Origin: an uncultured Bacilli bacterium
GTDB taxonomy: Bacteria > Bacillota_I > Bacilli_A > RF39 > UBA660
Assembly: GCA_934141145.1 (NCBI GenBank)
Contig: CAKPCA010000002.1
Span: 3,701 to 67,700 of the forward strand
Direction of reading: 5' to 3'
DNA length: 64,000 nt
Part shown: positions 33,410-44,076 of the stretch, piece after piece
Numbering within the stretch: the first letter of the stretch is position 1
Layout: each line of letters starts with the position of its first letter
Made by a program: the position numbers and the translations under genes
Notes under the pieces: model-generated
Databases searched by the model: none
Told to the model about the DNA's origin: nothing
Seen by the model: the letters and a program-made list of their open reading frames with translations, nothing else

Positions 33410-34042
33410 TTAATACCATATTGATGCAGCATACTTAGTATTTAATGGAAGTCCAGCTTTATATGTTCCATCTTTTATTTTACTATAAAAATAGTTAACA
33501 TTTTTAGCCCAAGAAGTACTTCCAGCATATTTACTTTGCATTTTTTCTGGTGTATCTAATCCTTTTGATACATAGTTATCTGCTAAATTATCAATATATT
33601 TAATTATTCCTGCTTCTATTGTATCAAATTTCATAGGTTTACCACCGTATCTCATACCACCTACATTATTATAATTAGTTATTTCTTCACTTGCACCTCT
33701 ATAAGACTCATGAATAGATATAGCCGCAGCTAAATATGGATCTACACCTTTCTCAGTACAATATGATGCATAAAGCATTCCTTGATTTGCAAGTTTATAC
33801 TCAAAAACTTCATTTAATCTATTAGCAATTGCTTCTACTTCTTTACTATTTGTTCCGTTTTCAGAAATTCTATTTACTATTAAAGAAATTTCTTTTCTTT
33901 CTTTTGTTTTCTTTAAAATCTGAGCTTTTTCTTCCTCAGTATGATTTATATATAAGGCCGCAATAAGACAAATGCATAAAATTAATGTAATTAATATAAT
34001 AACTTTTATTCTTTTTCTTACTTTTACCATTTTAAATCTCAT
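33410..34042 (-). CDS. Membrane-anchored glucosaminidase-domain-like protein (putative peptidoglycan hydrolase)
   Basis: N-terminal TM anchor; HESYRGAS...NYNNVGGMRYGG resembles the glucosaminidase (LytD/FlgJ) E-S-x-W-G...NN-FGIK region; weak. Confidence 0.35.
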   Translation of the reverse strand: MRFKMVKVRKRIKVIILITLILCICLIAALYINHTEEEKAQILKKTKERKEISLIVNRISENGTNSKEVEAIANRLNEVFEYKLANQGMLYASYCTEKGVDPYLAAAISIHESYRGASEEITNYNNVGGMRYGGKPMKFDTIEAGIIKYIDNLADNYVSKGLDTPEKMQSKYAGSTSWAKNVNYFYSKIKDGTYKAGLPLNTKYAASIWY

Positions 34043-34079
34043 TACTGCACCTCATTATTTAATTCAATTCTAGCATATA

Positions 34080-34835
34080 TTATATATCTAAGTCAAATAA
34101 TCTTTTAGCATTTTCTAGAGTTATTTTTTGCATTTCATTTTCAGAAATATTTAACTCTTCTGCTAAAACTTTAACTATATATTTTAAATTTAATGGACTA
34201 TTTTTTTGACCTCTATTTGGTTCTGGTGACAAATATGGAGAATCTGTTTCTGTTAATATATGATTTATATCTATATTTTTTATTACGTCCTTTTGTTTTT
34301 TATTATTCTTAAAAGTAATTGGGCCATCAACACCTATATAAAATCCTAATTTAACAAATTCTTTTGCCATTTCTTTGCTTCCAGAATAACAATGAATACT
34401 TCCTTTTAAGTTTCTATTTTTTAATTCATCATATACATCTTGCACTGCATCTCTACTATGTACAATTACTGGTAAATTATATTTTTCCGCTAAATCTAAT
34501 TGTTTTCTAAATAACTCTTTCTGTGTTTCTTTATTATCTTTAGTATAATGATAATCAATACCTATTTCTCCTATTGCAACTACTTTATTATTCTTTATTT
34601 GTTCTTCTAATAAAACTAAATCTTTTTGATTATATTTATCTGCATTTGAATATTCATAGCCTATAGACGCATATACATTTTTAAATCTTTTAGATAATTC
34701 TAATACTTCTAAATTACTCTTTTTATCTACACCATTTAAAATAACTAGTATATTTTGTTTTTCACATTCTTTTAGTATATCTATAGCATTCTCATCTTCT
34801 ATCATATATGTATGTGCATGTGTATCAATCATCAT
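34080..34835 (-). CDS. tatD: TatD-family metal-dependent DNase/hydrolase
   Basis: IDTHAHT N-terminal motif, conserved His/Asp ligands; metG-tatD-ksgA synteny (B. subtilis yabD). Confidence 0.85.
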   Translation of the reverse strand: MMIDTHAHTYMIEDENAIDILKECEKQNILVILNGVDKKSNLEVLELSKRFKNVYASIGYEYSNADKYNQKDLVLLEEQIKNNKVVAIGEIGIDYHYTKDNKETQKELFRKQLDLAEKYNLPVIVHSRDAVQDVYDELKNRNLKGSIHCYSGSKEMAKEFVKLGFYIGVDGPITFKNNKKQKDVIKNIDINHILTETDSPYLSPEPNRGQKNSPLNLKYIVKVLAEELNISENEMQKITLENAKRLFDLDI

Positions 34836-34878
34836 TTTTCTTCACCAAAAAAATTATATCACGAAATGATATAATTTT

Positions 34879-35049
34879 CTAATTTATTGCTAGTTTATAT
34901 AAATATTTTAAATATAAAATTATAAATATTAATGAATAAACCATATCTACTAATAATCTACTTTTAATTGTATTCAAAACTAATAAAATCGTAATTAAAG
35001 TATAAAATATGACAAACAATACCTTTCTTGTTTTTTCATTAAATTTCAT
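34879..35049 (-). CDS. Small 2-TM membrane protein (hypothetical, 56 aa)
   Basis: ATG at 35049 preceded by AAGGGAGAG (6-nt spacer); two hydrophobic helices; could be spurious. Confidence 0.25.
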   Translation of the reverse strand: MKFNEKTRKVLFVIFYTLITILLVLNTIKSRLLVDMVYSLIFIILYLKYLYKLAIN

Positions 35050-35143
35050 ATTTTGCTCTCCCTTTTTTACTCCGCGATTTGTATTATAACACATACTTTT
35101 TTATTAGTAATACATTCGACAAAAAAAGACAATTATTTTGTCT

Positions 35144-36715
35144 TTATTTTTTCATTTGTTCTTTAATATATTCTATTTCCTCTTCTTTATCTAGTCTAAC
35201 GAATAATGGTTCACCTTTTTCTATTACTTTTGTTTCTTCTTTAAAGTTATTGTAATTTAAAAGTGTATCCCAAGAATTATCAATATCATTTATATTTAAC
35301 TGAGATAATATACTTTCTGATGTGTTTTTCATAAATGGTTTTAATAATATTGCAATTTTTCTTAATGATTCTGTTAAATAATACATAACTGTTTTAAGTT
35401 CATCAGTATTTTCTTCTTTTGAAAGTACCCAAGGTGCAGTTTCATCAATATACTTATTTGTTCTAGATATTATATTCCATAATTCTATTAATGCATTGCT
35501 TACATGATATGTATCCATACATTCTGCAAAATTATTTATTTTATCATTAACATATTCTTCAAATGATGCATCAAACTCTGTATGTTTAGTTATATTTGGA
35601 ATATAGCCATCAAAATATTTATTCATCATTCCAATTGTTCTATTTAATAAATTACCTAAATCATTTGCTAAATCAGAATTATATCTTTCTACAAAGTCAT
35701 CTGGTGTAAACATAGAATCTTTATCAAAACTCATTAGTCTTAGTAAATAATATTTAGTTGCATCTAACCCATATCTATTAATAAGTGTTTCTGGATATAT
35801 TACGTTTCCAACCGATTTACTCATTTTACCATCTTTCATTACAATCCAGCTATGTGCATATATCTTCTTTGGCATTTCAAGACCTAATGCATGTAAGAAT
35901 ATAGGCCAGTATATACCATGGAATCTAATAATTTCTTTACCAACAACATGTAAGTCAGCTGGCCAATATTTTTTAAACAAAGTATCATCATCTGACATAT
36001 AACCTAAAGCAGTTATATAATTTGTAAGTGCATCAAGCCAAACATAAAGTACATGTTTAGGATCATTAGGTAATGGTATTCCCCAATCAAATGTTGCACG
36101 GCTTATACATAAATCTTCAAGCCCTGGATTTATAAAGTTTTTGAATATTTCATTTTTTCTAGATTCTGGCTCAATAAAATCAGGATTTTCTTTATAAAAT
36201 TCTTCAATCCATTTTTGATATTTTTTCATATTAAAGAAATATGATTCTTCTTTCATCTTTTTAACTTCTCTACCACAATCAGGACATTTACCATCTACAA
36301 GTTGTGTTTCAGTAAAATAGTTTTCACAAGGCATACAATACCAATCTTCATACATTCCCTTGTAAATATCACCATTTTCTAAGAATTTTTCAACAATTTT
36401 AGTAACTGATTTTACATGTCTTTCATCTGTTGTTCTTATAAAATCATCATAACTAATATCCATTAATTTCCATAAATCTTTTGCTTTCTTAGCCATATCA
36501 TCTACAAATTCTTGTGGAGAAACATTATTTTCTTCTGCCTTTGTTTGAATTTTTTGACCATGTTCATCAAGACCTGTAAGCATATATGCATCATAGCCTC
36601 TTAATTCTTTATATCTCTTTATAGAATCAACTAAAGTTGTACAATATGCTGTACCTATATGGAACTTACCACTAGGATAATATATTGGTGTTGTTATATA
36701 AAATGTTTTTTTCAA
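35144..36715 (-). CDS. metG: Methionyl-tRNA synthetase (short form, no C-terminal tRNA-binding domain)
   Basis: HIGH-type motif PSGKFHIGTAY, KMSKS, Cys zinc knuckles CMPCENY...CPDCG. Confidence 0.9.
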   Translation of the reverse strand: MKKTFYITTPIYYPSGKFHIGTAYCTTLVDSIKRYKELRGYDAYMLTGLDEHGQKIQTKAEENNVSPQEFVDDMAKKAKDLWKLMDISYDDFIRTTDERHVKSVTKIVEKFLENGDIYKGMYEDWYCMPCENYFTETQLVDGKCPDCGREVKKMKEESYFFNMKKYQKWIEEFYKENPDFIEPESRKNEIFKNFINPGLEDLCISRATFDWGIPLPNDPKHVLYVWLDALTNYITALGYMSDDDTLFKKYWPADLHVVGKEIIRFHGIYWPIFLHALGLEMPKKIYAHSWIVMKDGKMSKSVGNVIYPETLINRYGLDATKYYLLRLMSFDKDSMFTPDDFVERYNSDLANDLGNLLNRTIGMMNKYFDGYIPNITKHTEFDASFEEYVNDKINNFAECMDTYHVSNALIELWNIISRTNKYIDETAPWVLSKEENTDELKTVMYYLTESLRKIAILLKPFMKNTSESILSQLNINDIDNSWDTLLNYNNFKEETKVIEKGEPLFVRLDKEEEIEYIKEQMKK

Positions 36716-36717
36716 AG

Positions 36718-37185
36718 TTATTCACCCTTTCCAGTTGAACCGAATCCTCCAGTTCTCTCTCCAGTTGCATTATCATTGTCTACTACTAAAAACTTTTGAA
36801 ATACAACTTGTCCTATTATTTCACCCTTTTTGATTTGTAAATCTTCTGTACCTATATTATAATATGCAAACAAAAACTCTCCATCATTATCAGGATTACA
36901 ATAATAGTCTGCATCTATTACTCCAATACCATTTGCTAATACCAATTTTTTCTTACCTGGATTACTAGAACGATTGGCAAGCATATACCATTCATCGTCT
37001 TGACAATATGCTTTTAAACCTGTATGTATAAGAGTTGGTTTACACCCATTCTCAAATACAGGGATAATTGTGTCTTCTGCTGCTTCTACATCATACCCTG
37101 CACTTTTTGCTGTCTTTCGTATTGGTAAATTTATATTTTTACCTTCCCATCCTTTCGCTACCTCAAATCCTCTAATTTTTTTCAT
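36718..37185 (-). CDS. dut: dUTP diphosphatase
   Basis: Trimeric dUTPase motifs AGYDV, RSS, GVIDADY, RTGGFGSTG. Confidence 0.75.
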   Translation of the reverse strand: MKKIRGFEVAKGWEGKNINLPIRKTAKSAGYDVEAAEDTIIPVFENGCKPTLIHTGLKAYCQDDEWYMLANRSSNPGKKKLVLANGIGVIDADYYCNPDNDGEFLFAYYNIGTEDLQIKKGEIIGQVVFQKFLVVDNDNATGERTGGFGSTGKGE

Positions 37186-37257
37186 ACTTTACCTCCTCAT
37201 AAAAAAATCTAACATATGACTATATAATACCACATGTTAGACTCTTTTTCAATTTAA

Positions 37258-37779
37258 TTACTCCATTGAACTTATTATTATTTTGTTAATAATTTCTAGA
37301 CCCACTTTAGATAAATCGCTTATCTCATTGTTTGATATTATTATTATCAAACCATTTATATCACTATTTACTATCATTGGTAATATATAATAGTTTCCTT
37401 CTAATATATTACCTTTTGTTATTTCAAGACCCCTATTATCATTAGATAATACTTTATTCCTACTTTCTAAAATATTATCTAAATAAGCACTTATTTCTTT
37501 TCCAATTAATTTTTCTTCTTTTTTAGTTGTCGCAAGTACTTTTTCTCTATCAGTTATAATTACACTATTACTTGTTATCTCATTTAAAATATTTATGTAC
37601 TTATTAAATAATTTTTCTACTTTACTTAAATTAGAATATTTTTTTAATATTATATTTTCACCATCAATGAATATTTCAAGTGAATCATTTTCTTTTATAT
37701 TAAGATTTTTTCTTATTTCTTTTGGTATTACAACTCTACCTAAATCATCAATTCTTCGTATTATTCCTGTTGACTTCAT
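37258..37779 (-). CDS. spoVT: Stage V sporulation protein T (AbrB-N + GAF regulator)
   Basis: N-terminal swapped-hairpin MKSTGIIRRIDDLGRVVIPKEIR plus a ~120-aa GAF-like C-domain; upstream-of-mfd position matches spoVT. Confidence 0.75.
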   Translation of the reverse strand: MKSTGIIRRIDDLGRVVIPKEIRKNLNIKENDSLEIFIDGENIILKKYSNLSKVEKLFNKYINILNEITSNSVIITDREKVLATTKKEEKLIGKEISAYLDNILESRNKVLSNDNRGLEITKGNILEGNYYILPMIVNSDINGLIIIISNNEISDLSKVGLEIINKIIISSME

Positions 37780-37828
37780 ATATTTCTTCCTTTCACACTA
37801 ATAATATTGTTTGAAAGAAAGTGGATTT

Positions 37829-40800
37829 TTATACTATTATATTAGAAAATTGTGATAATAATTCTGTTAAATAATATATATAATGTTTTTCTAAATTATT
37901 TAACATCAATTTTATTTTTAACCTATCATCAATATAACTGAATTTAAAATTAAATGTTATATCATTTGCAAGTATAAATAACTTTTGTATATCTATTTTA
38001 TCTTGAATACCTTTATCAAATACTAATTCTATAAATAAATTTGTCTTATTTACTTTATAAACATTATATTCTTTTGCAAGTTTTTCAAACCAAATCTCAT
38101 ACATATAAATTTCAAGTTCATTATCTATATGACCAAATCTATCTTCAAGTTCTTTTTTTACACTTTCTAATTTTTCTTTTGAGTCTATTTCATTTATCTT
38201 TTTATGAATTTCTATTTTTAGAGAATCTTCTTTTACATAATTGTCTTTAATGTGGGTTTCTACTTCTAATAAAGATCGTTCTTCTTCTTTTATTTCTTCT
38301 TTTGTTTTTATTCCTTTTAAATGATTTACTTCATCATTTAACATCTTTACATATAATTCATACCCTACAGTATCAATAAATCCTGCTTGCTCACTTCCTA
38401 AAATATCTCCTGCACCTCTTATTGATAAATCTCTCATAGCTATTTGAAAACCAGAGCCAAGTTCTGTAAATTCTTTTATTGCATTTAATCTCTTAACCGC
38501 AATATCATTTAAAACTTTATTTTTAGAATACATTAAATACGCATATGCAATTTTATTACTTCTTCCAACTCTTCCTCTTATCTGATATAACTGACTTAAT
38601 CCAAATCTATCTGCATTATATATTATAAGAGTATTAACATTTGGTATATCTATTCCTGTTTCTATAATTGTAGTACATAATAATATATCAAATTCGTTAT
38701 TTATAAAACTCATCATTGTATCTTCTATTTGGTTTTTTGTCATTTTACCATGAGCAAATCTTATTTTTGCTTCTGGAACAAGTTTACTTATTTCACTTAA
38801 TTTCTCTTCTATATGTTCTACACTATTAAATAATATAAATACTTGTCCTCCTCTAGACATTTCTTTATAAATTGCTTCTCTTACTAATTGATTGCTTTCT
38901 TCAACTACATATGTTTGAATTGGGTATCTATCTACCGGAGGAGTTTCTATTAATGCTAAGTTTCTTATTCCTACAAGTGACATTTGAAGAGTTCTAGGTA
39001 TAGGTGTTGCACTTAAAGTTAATATATCTATACTACTTTTATATTGTTTTATTTTTTCTTTATGAGCAACTCCAAAACGTTGTTCTTCATCTATTACAAG
39101 CAAACCTAAATCCTTAAATTTTATATCATCACTTAATATTCTATGAGTTCCAAAAAGTAAATCTATCTTACCTTCACTTAATTTTTTTATTATTTCTTTA
39201 CTTTCTTTATGACTTGTAAATCTATTTAATAATGCAATATTAACTCCAAAATGACCAAATCTATCTATAGCATTTTTATATTGTTGATTTGACAAGATTG
39301 TAGTTGGGCATAAATATGCGACTTGTTTTCCACTATTTATTGCTTTAAATATTGCTCTAAAGGCAACCTCTGTTTTTCCATAACCAACATCACCACATAA
39401 AAGCATATCCATAGGAGTTCTTTTTTCCATATCATCTTTTATTTTACTTATTGCAATATATTGATCAGTAGTTGGTTTGAATTTAAATTCTGATTCAAAC
39501 TTTTGTTGTTCTTCATCATCTTTCATAAATGCAAAACCAGGTCTCATTTTTCTTTCTGCGGATAATTTAAGTAATTTTTCTGCTATATCTTTTATTTTGC
39601 TTTTTACTCTTAATTTGGTTTTAGCCCATTCAGTACCACCTAATTTATTTATTTTTGGTACTGCACCTTCATTAGATGAATATTTAGTAATTAATTCTAT
39701 TTTTTCCACAGGAATATATAATTTATCATTATCTTTATAAGAGACCTCCAAATAATCTTTTTTATTACCATTTTTAGTAAGTGTTCTTATTCCTGTATAT
39801 ATTCCAATACCATGATTAGAATGAACTACATAGTCACCAACATTTAAGTTATCAATACTTTTTAACTTAGTACCGTATTTAAATTTATTTTTATAATTAA
39901 CATTTTTATCTCTAGTTTTAAAAACTTCATTTTCTGTAATAACTATATAATCATCAAATTCAAATCCTTGATCTAAATCCATAACAACTAAATTTACATT
40001 ATCTGAATATATTTTAGATAAATCTGTTATAACATAATTAACTGTTAAAAATTTAGATATATTTTCAAGTTTTTGTTTATTTGAAAAAGTTACTATTATC
40101 TTTTTCTTTCTTAAAAGATTAATACTTAAATAATCATTTAATCTAGTAAAATCTGAATAAAAATTATCAACTATCCTTGATGAAAAATTATAATTCTTAT
40201 TTATATTTATTCCTTGCAATATATTATCAACAGTCATTAAATATATATTATCATTTGGTTTTTCTAAATCATAAATATCATGCATATAGTTTGTATTATA
40301 ATTTTCTTTTTTCTCTACATCGTAATTGAAAATTTCTTCTCTTAAACTCTTATACGAGTTAATTATTTGATTATAGTCTTTATAAATAGTAACTACATTA
40401 TCTAAATAGTCTATTATTGAAGATACTTCATTAACAACATATGGTAAAAATTTTTGTTTTTCCTCTATTTCATTTACATTTTTTTCATTTATAAATTCTG
40501 AAAATGGTGTTAAATTTACTTCATCTATATCGCCTAAAGACCTTTGTGAATCAATATCAAAATATCTAATAGAATCTATTTCGTCACCCCAAAATTCTAT
40601 TCTTATAGGGTTATCTAAATTAGGTGGATAAACATCCAAAATAAAGCCTCTATTTGCTATTTCACCTGTTTTTGTTACTGTTGTCTCTGTTAAATAACCT
40701 ATGTTAATCAAATTAGTGCATAAATTATCTTTATTTATTTCCATACCTTTTTTAATAATTATTTCACTTTTTCTCCATAAAGACTTTGTTGGCAAATATC

Positions 40801-41137
40801 TTAAATATCCCATAAGATTGGTAATCACAATAGATTTTTCATTTTTAGATAGTGAATTTAATGTATTCAATCTTATTGATTTTAACTCTGGTGATATAGC
40901 TAGAGCCTCACTTGTCAAAAAATCATCCATTGGAAATAAATATGTAGTATCATTTAACTTAGATAAAGAAGAATACATCATATTTGCTTCATATAAAGAA
41001 TTTGTTACTATAATAATATTTCTATTATAATCTTCAAAAATACCATTAACGCAAAAAGAAATTAACTGATTAGTTAATCCTGTTATAGATATATTATCTA
41101 TGTTATCTATTTTTAATTTTTCTTCAAATCTATTCAT
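37829..41137 (-). CDS. mfd: Transcription-repair coupling factor
   Basis: 1102 aa; UvrB-homology N-region, RNAP-interacting domain, SF2 helicase motifs GDVGYGKTE/DEEQRFG, TRG motif. Confidence 0.9.
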   Translation of the reverse strand: MNRFEEKLKIDNIDNISITGLTNQLISFCVNGIFEDYNRNIIIVTNSLYEANMMYSSLSKLNDTTYLFPMDDFLTSEALAISPELKSIRLNTLNSLSKNEKSIVITNLMGYLRYLPTKSLWRKSEIIIKKGMEINKDNLCTNLINIGYLTETTVTKTGEIANRGFILDVYPPNLDNPIRIEFWGDEIDSIRYFDIDSQRSLGDIDEVNLTPFSEFINEKNVNEIEEKQKFLPYVVNEVSSIIDYLDNVVTIYKDYNQIINSYKSLREEIFNYDVEKKENYNTNYMHDIYDLEKPNDNIYLMTVDNILQGININKNYNFSSRIVDNFYSDFTRLNDYLSINLLRKKKIIVTFSNKQKLENISKFLTVNYVITDLSKIYSDNVNLVVMDLDQGFEFDDYIVITENEVFKTRDKNVNYKNKFKYGTKLKSIDNLNVGDYVVHSNHGIGIYTGIRTLTKNGNKKDYLEVSYKDNDKLYIPVEKIELITKYSSNEGAVPKINKLGGTEWAKTKLRVKSKIKDIAEKLLKLSAERKMRPGFAFMKDDEEQQKFESEFKFKPTTDQYIAISKIKDDMEKRTPMDMLLCGDVGYGKTEVAFRAIFKAINSGKQVAYLCPTTILSNQQYKNAIDRFGHFGVNIALLNRFTSHKESKEIIKKLSEGKIDLLFGTHRILSDDIKFKDLGLLVIDEEQRFGVAHKEKIKQYKSSIDILTLSATPIPRTLQMSLVGIRNLALIETPPVDRYPIQTYVVEESNQLVREAIYKEMSRGGQVFILFNSVEHIEEKLSEISKLVPEAKIRFAHGKMTKNQIEDTMMSFINNEFDILLCTTIIETGIDIPNVNTLIIYNADRFGLSQLYQIRGRVGRSNKIAYAYLMYSKNKVLNDIAVKRLNAIKEFTELGSGFQIAMRDLSIRGAGDILGSEQAGFIDTVGYELYVKMLNDEVNHLKGIKTKEEIKEEERSLLEVETHIKDNYVKEDSLKIEIHKKINEIDSKEKLESVKKELEDRFGHIDNELEIYMYEIWFEKLAKEYNVYKVNKTNLFIELVFDKGIQDKIDIQKLFILANDITFNFKFSYIDDRLKIKLMLNNLEKHYIYYLTELLSQFSNIIV

Positions 41138-41152
41138 ATAATCATCTCTTTA

Positions 41153-41707
41153 CTAGTTATATTTATTCATTAACTGATTAAAATCCATAATAAAATAATC
41201 ATCTATAATGCTAGTACTTATCTCTATTGCTTCATCGATTAATTTTCTTTCTTCTTTTGAAAACTTACCTAAAACAAAATCTTTTGTATCCATTTTTTTA
41301 TCATTTGAAATACCTATTTTTAATCTTTTGTATTCTTTAGTACCTAAATTTTTTTCTATATCTTTTATTCCATTATGGCCACCAGAAGAACTGTTTTGTT
41401 TCAATTTAATTTTTCCTACATTTTGATCTAAATCATCGTGTATTACAAGTATATCATTACTTGAAATTTTAAAAAAATCAACATACTTTTTAACTACTTC
41501 ACCTGATAGATTCATATATTTTTGTGGCTCTAGAAAAATAACCTTTTCTCCATTTATATTAGTTTCAGCATATAAACCTTGAAACTTTTCTTTCATAGAG
41601 TTTATATTGTTTTTTTGTAAATATAAATCAATAACATCAAATCCAACATTATGTCTAGTATTTTTATATTCCTTACCTGGATTTCCAAGACCTACTACTA
41701 ATTTCAT
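41153..41707 (-). CDS. pth: Peptidyl-tRNA hydrolase
   Basis: MKLVVGLGNPG...TRHNVGF signature. Confidence 0.9.
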   Translation of the reverse strand: MKLVVGLGNPGKEYKNTRHNVGFDVIDLYLQKNNINSMKEKFQGLYAETNINGEKVIFLEPQKYMNLSGEVVKKYVDFFKISSNDILVIHDDLDQNVGKIKLKQNSSSGGHNGIKDIEKNLGTKEYKRLKIGISNDKKMDTKDFVLGKFSKEERKLIDEAIEISTSIIDDYFIMDFNQLMNKYN

Positions 41708-42546
41708 TATTTACCTCCATGATACTTCATATAAACTTCATTTTTTTCTAAATTATGCAATTTTGCGACTGTCTTTATTGCCTCTTTTTCACTTATTCCA
41801 TCTAAAACTAGCGCTTTTACATGAGAAAGAATATCAATATTATCATATGATTTTTCTTCTTTATTTCCTTCCACAATAATTACAAATTCGCCTTTTGGTT
41901 CTACTAACTCACTTAATACATCGTCTATAGTTCCTCTATAAATTTCTTCATATTTTTTACTTATTTCACGTGAAACAGATATATTTCTATTACCCATTAT
42001 TTCTTTTATTAATAATAATGTTTCTATAACTCTATATGGTGATTCATAAAAAATTATTGTATATTTTATACTTTTTAATTCTTCTAATTCTTTCTTTTTT
42101 TGAGATTTCTTACTATCCAAAAATCCATAAAACAAGAATTTATTAGGATTTATTCCTGACATAATTAAAGCTGGTACAAATGCAGTTGCACCAGGAAGAC
42201 CAATAACATTATATCCTTCTTTTATTGCATGATACGCTGCTACATAACCTGGATCACTTATTGCAGGAGTCCCCCTATCAGATACTAATGCAACCATATT
42301 TCCATCTTTTAAATATTCAAGTACTTTTTCATAAACTTTATCCTCATTGAATTTATGACAAGAAATTAATTTCTTATTTATATCAAGTTCATTTAATAAT
42401 TTTTTAGTTTCTCTAGTATCTTCAGAAAAAATAACATCCGCTTTTTTAAGTACATTTATAGATCTCAATGTAATATCATCTAAGTTTCCAATTGGTGTAG
42501 GAACAAGATATAAACTTGCAGAATTATTATAACTTTTTTGACTCAT
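41707..42546 (-). CDS. rsmI: 16S rRNA (cytidine1402-2'-O)-methyltransferase
   Basis: LYLVPTPIGNLDDIT...SEDTR tetrapyrrole-methylase-fold signature. Confidence 0.85.
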   Translation of the reverse strand: MSQKSYNNSASLYLVPTPIGNLDDITLRSINVLKKADVIFSEDTRETKKLLNELDINKKLISCHKFNEDKVYEKVLEYLKDGNMVALVSDRGTPAISDPGYVAAYHAIKEGYNVIGLPGATAFVPALIMSGINPNKFLFYGFLDSKKSQKKKELEELKSIKYTIIFYESPYRVIETLLLIKEIMGNRNISVSREISKKYEEIYRGTIDDVLSELVEPKGEFVIIVEGNKEEKSYDNIDILSHVKALVLDGISEKEAIKTVAKLHNLEKNEVYMKYHGGK

Positions 42547-42548
42547 AT

Positions 42549-43274
42549 CTATTCCTCCTCAAACATTTTCTTAATTTCTTCTAAATAATTTCCATCTTCG
42601 TCGTGAACATAGATTGGTGGTAACACTTTTAAGGATGATTTACCATTTTTTGCACCTTCTATTAAAACAATGTTAGACTCTTTATTAAACTTTGGATATA
42701 CTAACTGTAATCTTTTAGGTTCTATATTATTTTTTTTCATACAATCTATTATATCAATTAATCTATCAGTTCTATGAACAATCGCTATTGTACCATTATT
42801 TTTAAGAATTTTTCTAGCTACTTTGAAAATATCATCTAAATTTATATATATTTCATGTCTTGCAACTGATTTTATATCATTATCATTTATAATGGATGAT
42901 TCTTTTAATTTAAAATATGGTGGATTGCATGTAATTAAATCAAATGAATCTGATTCGTATTTTTGTGCAATATCTTTTACATCCATATTTAATATTTCTA
43001 TTCTATCCTGTAAATTATTTATTTTGATTGATTTTTTAGCAAGATTATAAACATCTTTTTGAATTTCTACTCCTGTTATCTTTGCTCTTGTTTTTGTACT
43101 TAAAATAAGTGGTATAGGAGCATTTCCTGTACAAAAATCAATTATATTAGTGGTATTCTTTGTTATTTTTACAAAATTACTTAAAAGAACTGAATCAATA
43201 GAAAATTTAAACCAATCTGTATTTTGAACAATCTTTAAATCTTTATAATTTAATAATCTGTTTATTTCTTCCAT
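42549..43274 (-). CDS. tRNA (adenine37-N6)-methyltransferase-like (YabB/TrmN6 family)
   Basis: SAM MTase with NPPY catalytic motif (ITCNPPYF); ricT-yabB-rsmI synteny. Confidence 0.7.
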   Translation of the reverse strand: MEEINRLLNYKDLKIVQNTDWFKFSIDSVLLSNFVKITKNTTNIIDFCTGNAPIPLILSTKTRAKITGVEIQKDVYNLAKKSIKINNLQDRIEILNMDVKDIAQKYESDSFDLITCNPPYFKLKESSIINDNDIKSVARHEIYINLDDIFKVARKILKNNGTIAIVHRTDRLIDIIDCMKKNNIEPKRLQLVYPKFNKESNIVLIEGAKNGKSSLKVLPPIYVHDEDGNYLEEIKKMFEEE

Positions 43275-43275
43275 A

Positions 43276-44076
43276 TTATTTTATTTCTATTATTTCCTTT
43301 TCTTTTGTTTCTATTTTGTATGTTTTACTTATAACATCTACAGAAATAACTTTTCCTTCTTTTTCTTCATATTTAACTACTTGTCCAACACTTGGTAATT
43401 CTTTTTTTAATTCAGTATAAGTATCATCTTCATATGATAAACAGCATAATAATCTATTACAAGAACCATTTATTTTGCTTGGATTCAAAGCTATATTTTG
43501 ATTTTTTGCCATATTAATAGTTATATTATCAAATGTATATAAATACCTTGAGCAGCACATAGGAAGACCACAAGGACCAAGTCCACCAATTTCTTTTGCT
43601 TTATCTCTTGGACCAATCTGCCTCAATTCTATTCTAACTTTATATATTTTTGCAAGTTCTTTTGCAAGTTCCCTAAAATCTACTCTATCAGTGGAAGTAA
43701 AAGTAAAAAATAATTGAGTTCTTTCAAAAGTATAACTTACATCAACTAATTTCATATCTAAATTATATTTTTTTATAAGTTCATTACATTTATAAAAAGC
43801 TTTTTTAGCATCTTTTATATTATTTAAATGTTCTGTATAATCTTTTTTAGTGGAAATACGAATAACGTTTTTTAGTGGAAAACTAATACTTTTTCTGTCC
43901 ATATTTATTATATCAGTTTTAACAGTACCAAATTGTAAACCTCTTTCTGTTTCAACAATTACAGTTAAATTCTTCTTTAATTTAAGATTATTGCAGTTGA
44001 AAAAATATTTTTTTCCATATTTTTTAAATTCTACACCTACTATGTTTACTGAATCATTACTCATGCTTTTCACCAC
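43276..44076 (-). CDS. ricT: PSP1-domain protein RicT (YaaT)
   Basis: Strong similarity to B. subtilis YaaT (VGVEFKK.GK.YFF...RIELRQIG.RD.AK..GG.GPCG...CC...Y...E). Confidence 0.8.
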   Translation of the reverse strand: MVKSMSNDSVNIVGVEFKKYGKKYFFNCNNLKLKKNLTVIVETERGLQFGTVKTDIINMDRKSISFPLKNVIRISTKKDYTEHLNNIKDAKKAFYKCNELIKKYNLDMKLVDVSYTFERTQLFFTFTSTDRVDFRELAKELAKIYKVRIELRQIGPRDKAKEIGGLGPCGLPMCCSRYLYTFDNITINMAKNQNIALNPSKINGSCNRLLCCLSYEDDTYTELKKELPSVGQVVKYEEKEGKVISVDVISKTYKIETKEKEIIEIK